From Octopus bimaculoides (Eukaryota): a stretch of DNA of 64,000 bases. The stretch lies in the NCBI RefSeq assembly GCF_001194135.2, contig NC_068990.1, positions 16,725,766 through 16,789,765 of the forward strand, read 5' to 3'. Made by a program: the position numbers and the translations under genes. Numbering within the stretch: position 1 is the stretch's first letter; every line of letters starts with the position of its first letter. The notes under the pieces were generated by a model. The model was not told the DNA's origin and ran no database searches. It saw nothing but the letters and a program-made list of their open reading frames with translations. Positions 63,681 through 64,000 of this stretch are shown here, in pieces.

Positions 63681-64000
63681 AGGGAGGCTAGGCGACAGGT
63701 TTATTTAGCCAGAGGGGAAGCAGATAAGGAAAGATTTGCCAATGTTCTGCGCCGTGAGGACCAAAGACTCAAGGTATTTCGTGTTGCAAGACAGTGTAGG
63801 AGAGAGAATAGTGATGTTGTAGGAGAAAAATGTGTTCGCATGGATGATGGTACGCTTGCATTAAATGAGGATGCAAAGAAAGAGGTCTGGAGATGCCACT
63901 ACGATAGATTGCTTAATAAAGAGAATGAATGGGAGAAAGAGAGCCTGCCGTATGTCGACCCAATAGAGGGACCAGCTATCCGAGTTGATAGTACCAGGGT
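63681..64000 (+). mobile_element. RTE-clade LINE ORF (endonuclease-RT linker), 5'-truncated, open to the window edge
   Basis: 106 stop-free codons: REARRQVYLARGEADKERFANVLRREDQRLKVFRVARQCRRENSDVVGEKCVRMDDGTLALNEDAKKEVWRCHYDRLLNKENEWEKESLPYVDPIEGPAIRVDSTR. Confidence 0.8.

Overview
Repeat-saturated eukaryotic genomic DNA. The SINE families and (TA/CA/ATT/GAT)n density point to Octopus, which is an inference. The assembly is a gapped short-read scaffold with 15 N-runs. One protein-coding gene is supported, on the + strand: an Erbin/Densin-180 (LRRC7)/Lap1-type LAP-family LRR gene. I could assemble 10 GT-AG exons by hand (25574-62605; 1188 nt = 396 aa) into one open frame covering the N-terminal CxC motif, the LRR array and the start of LAPSD (WLTENQ). 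The gene continues past the window end, and its non-coding 5' exon(s) were not located. Everything else is intronic or upstream. It contains tRNA-derived SINEs, RTE LINE pieces, an R4/Dong-like remnant, Tigger and mariner transposase remnants, hAT- and piggyBac-type MITEs, long palindromes and microsatellites. Almost all ORF-track entries are microsatellite or N-gap noise. The most notable observations are: (1) a TSD-bounded, 5'-inverted (twin-priming-like) RTE insertion at 168-789; (2) an unclassified TIR element with nested inverted repeats and telomere-like (CCCTAA) repeats at 21931-22588; (3) three long intronic hairpins, candidate dsRNA/ADAR substrates; (4) a stop-free RTE reading frame running off the right edge that the ORF track misses. 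No CRISPR, rRNA or true tRNA gene is supported.
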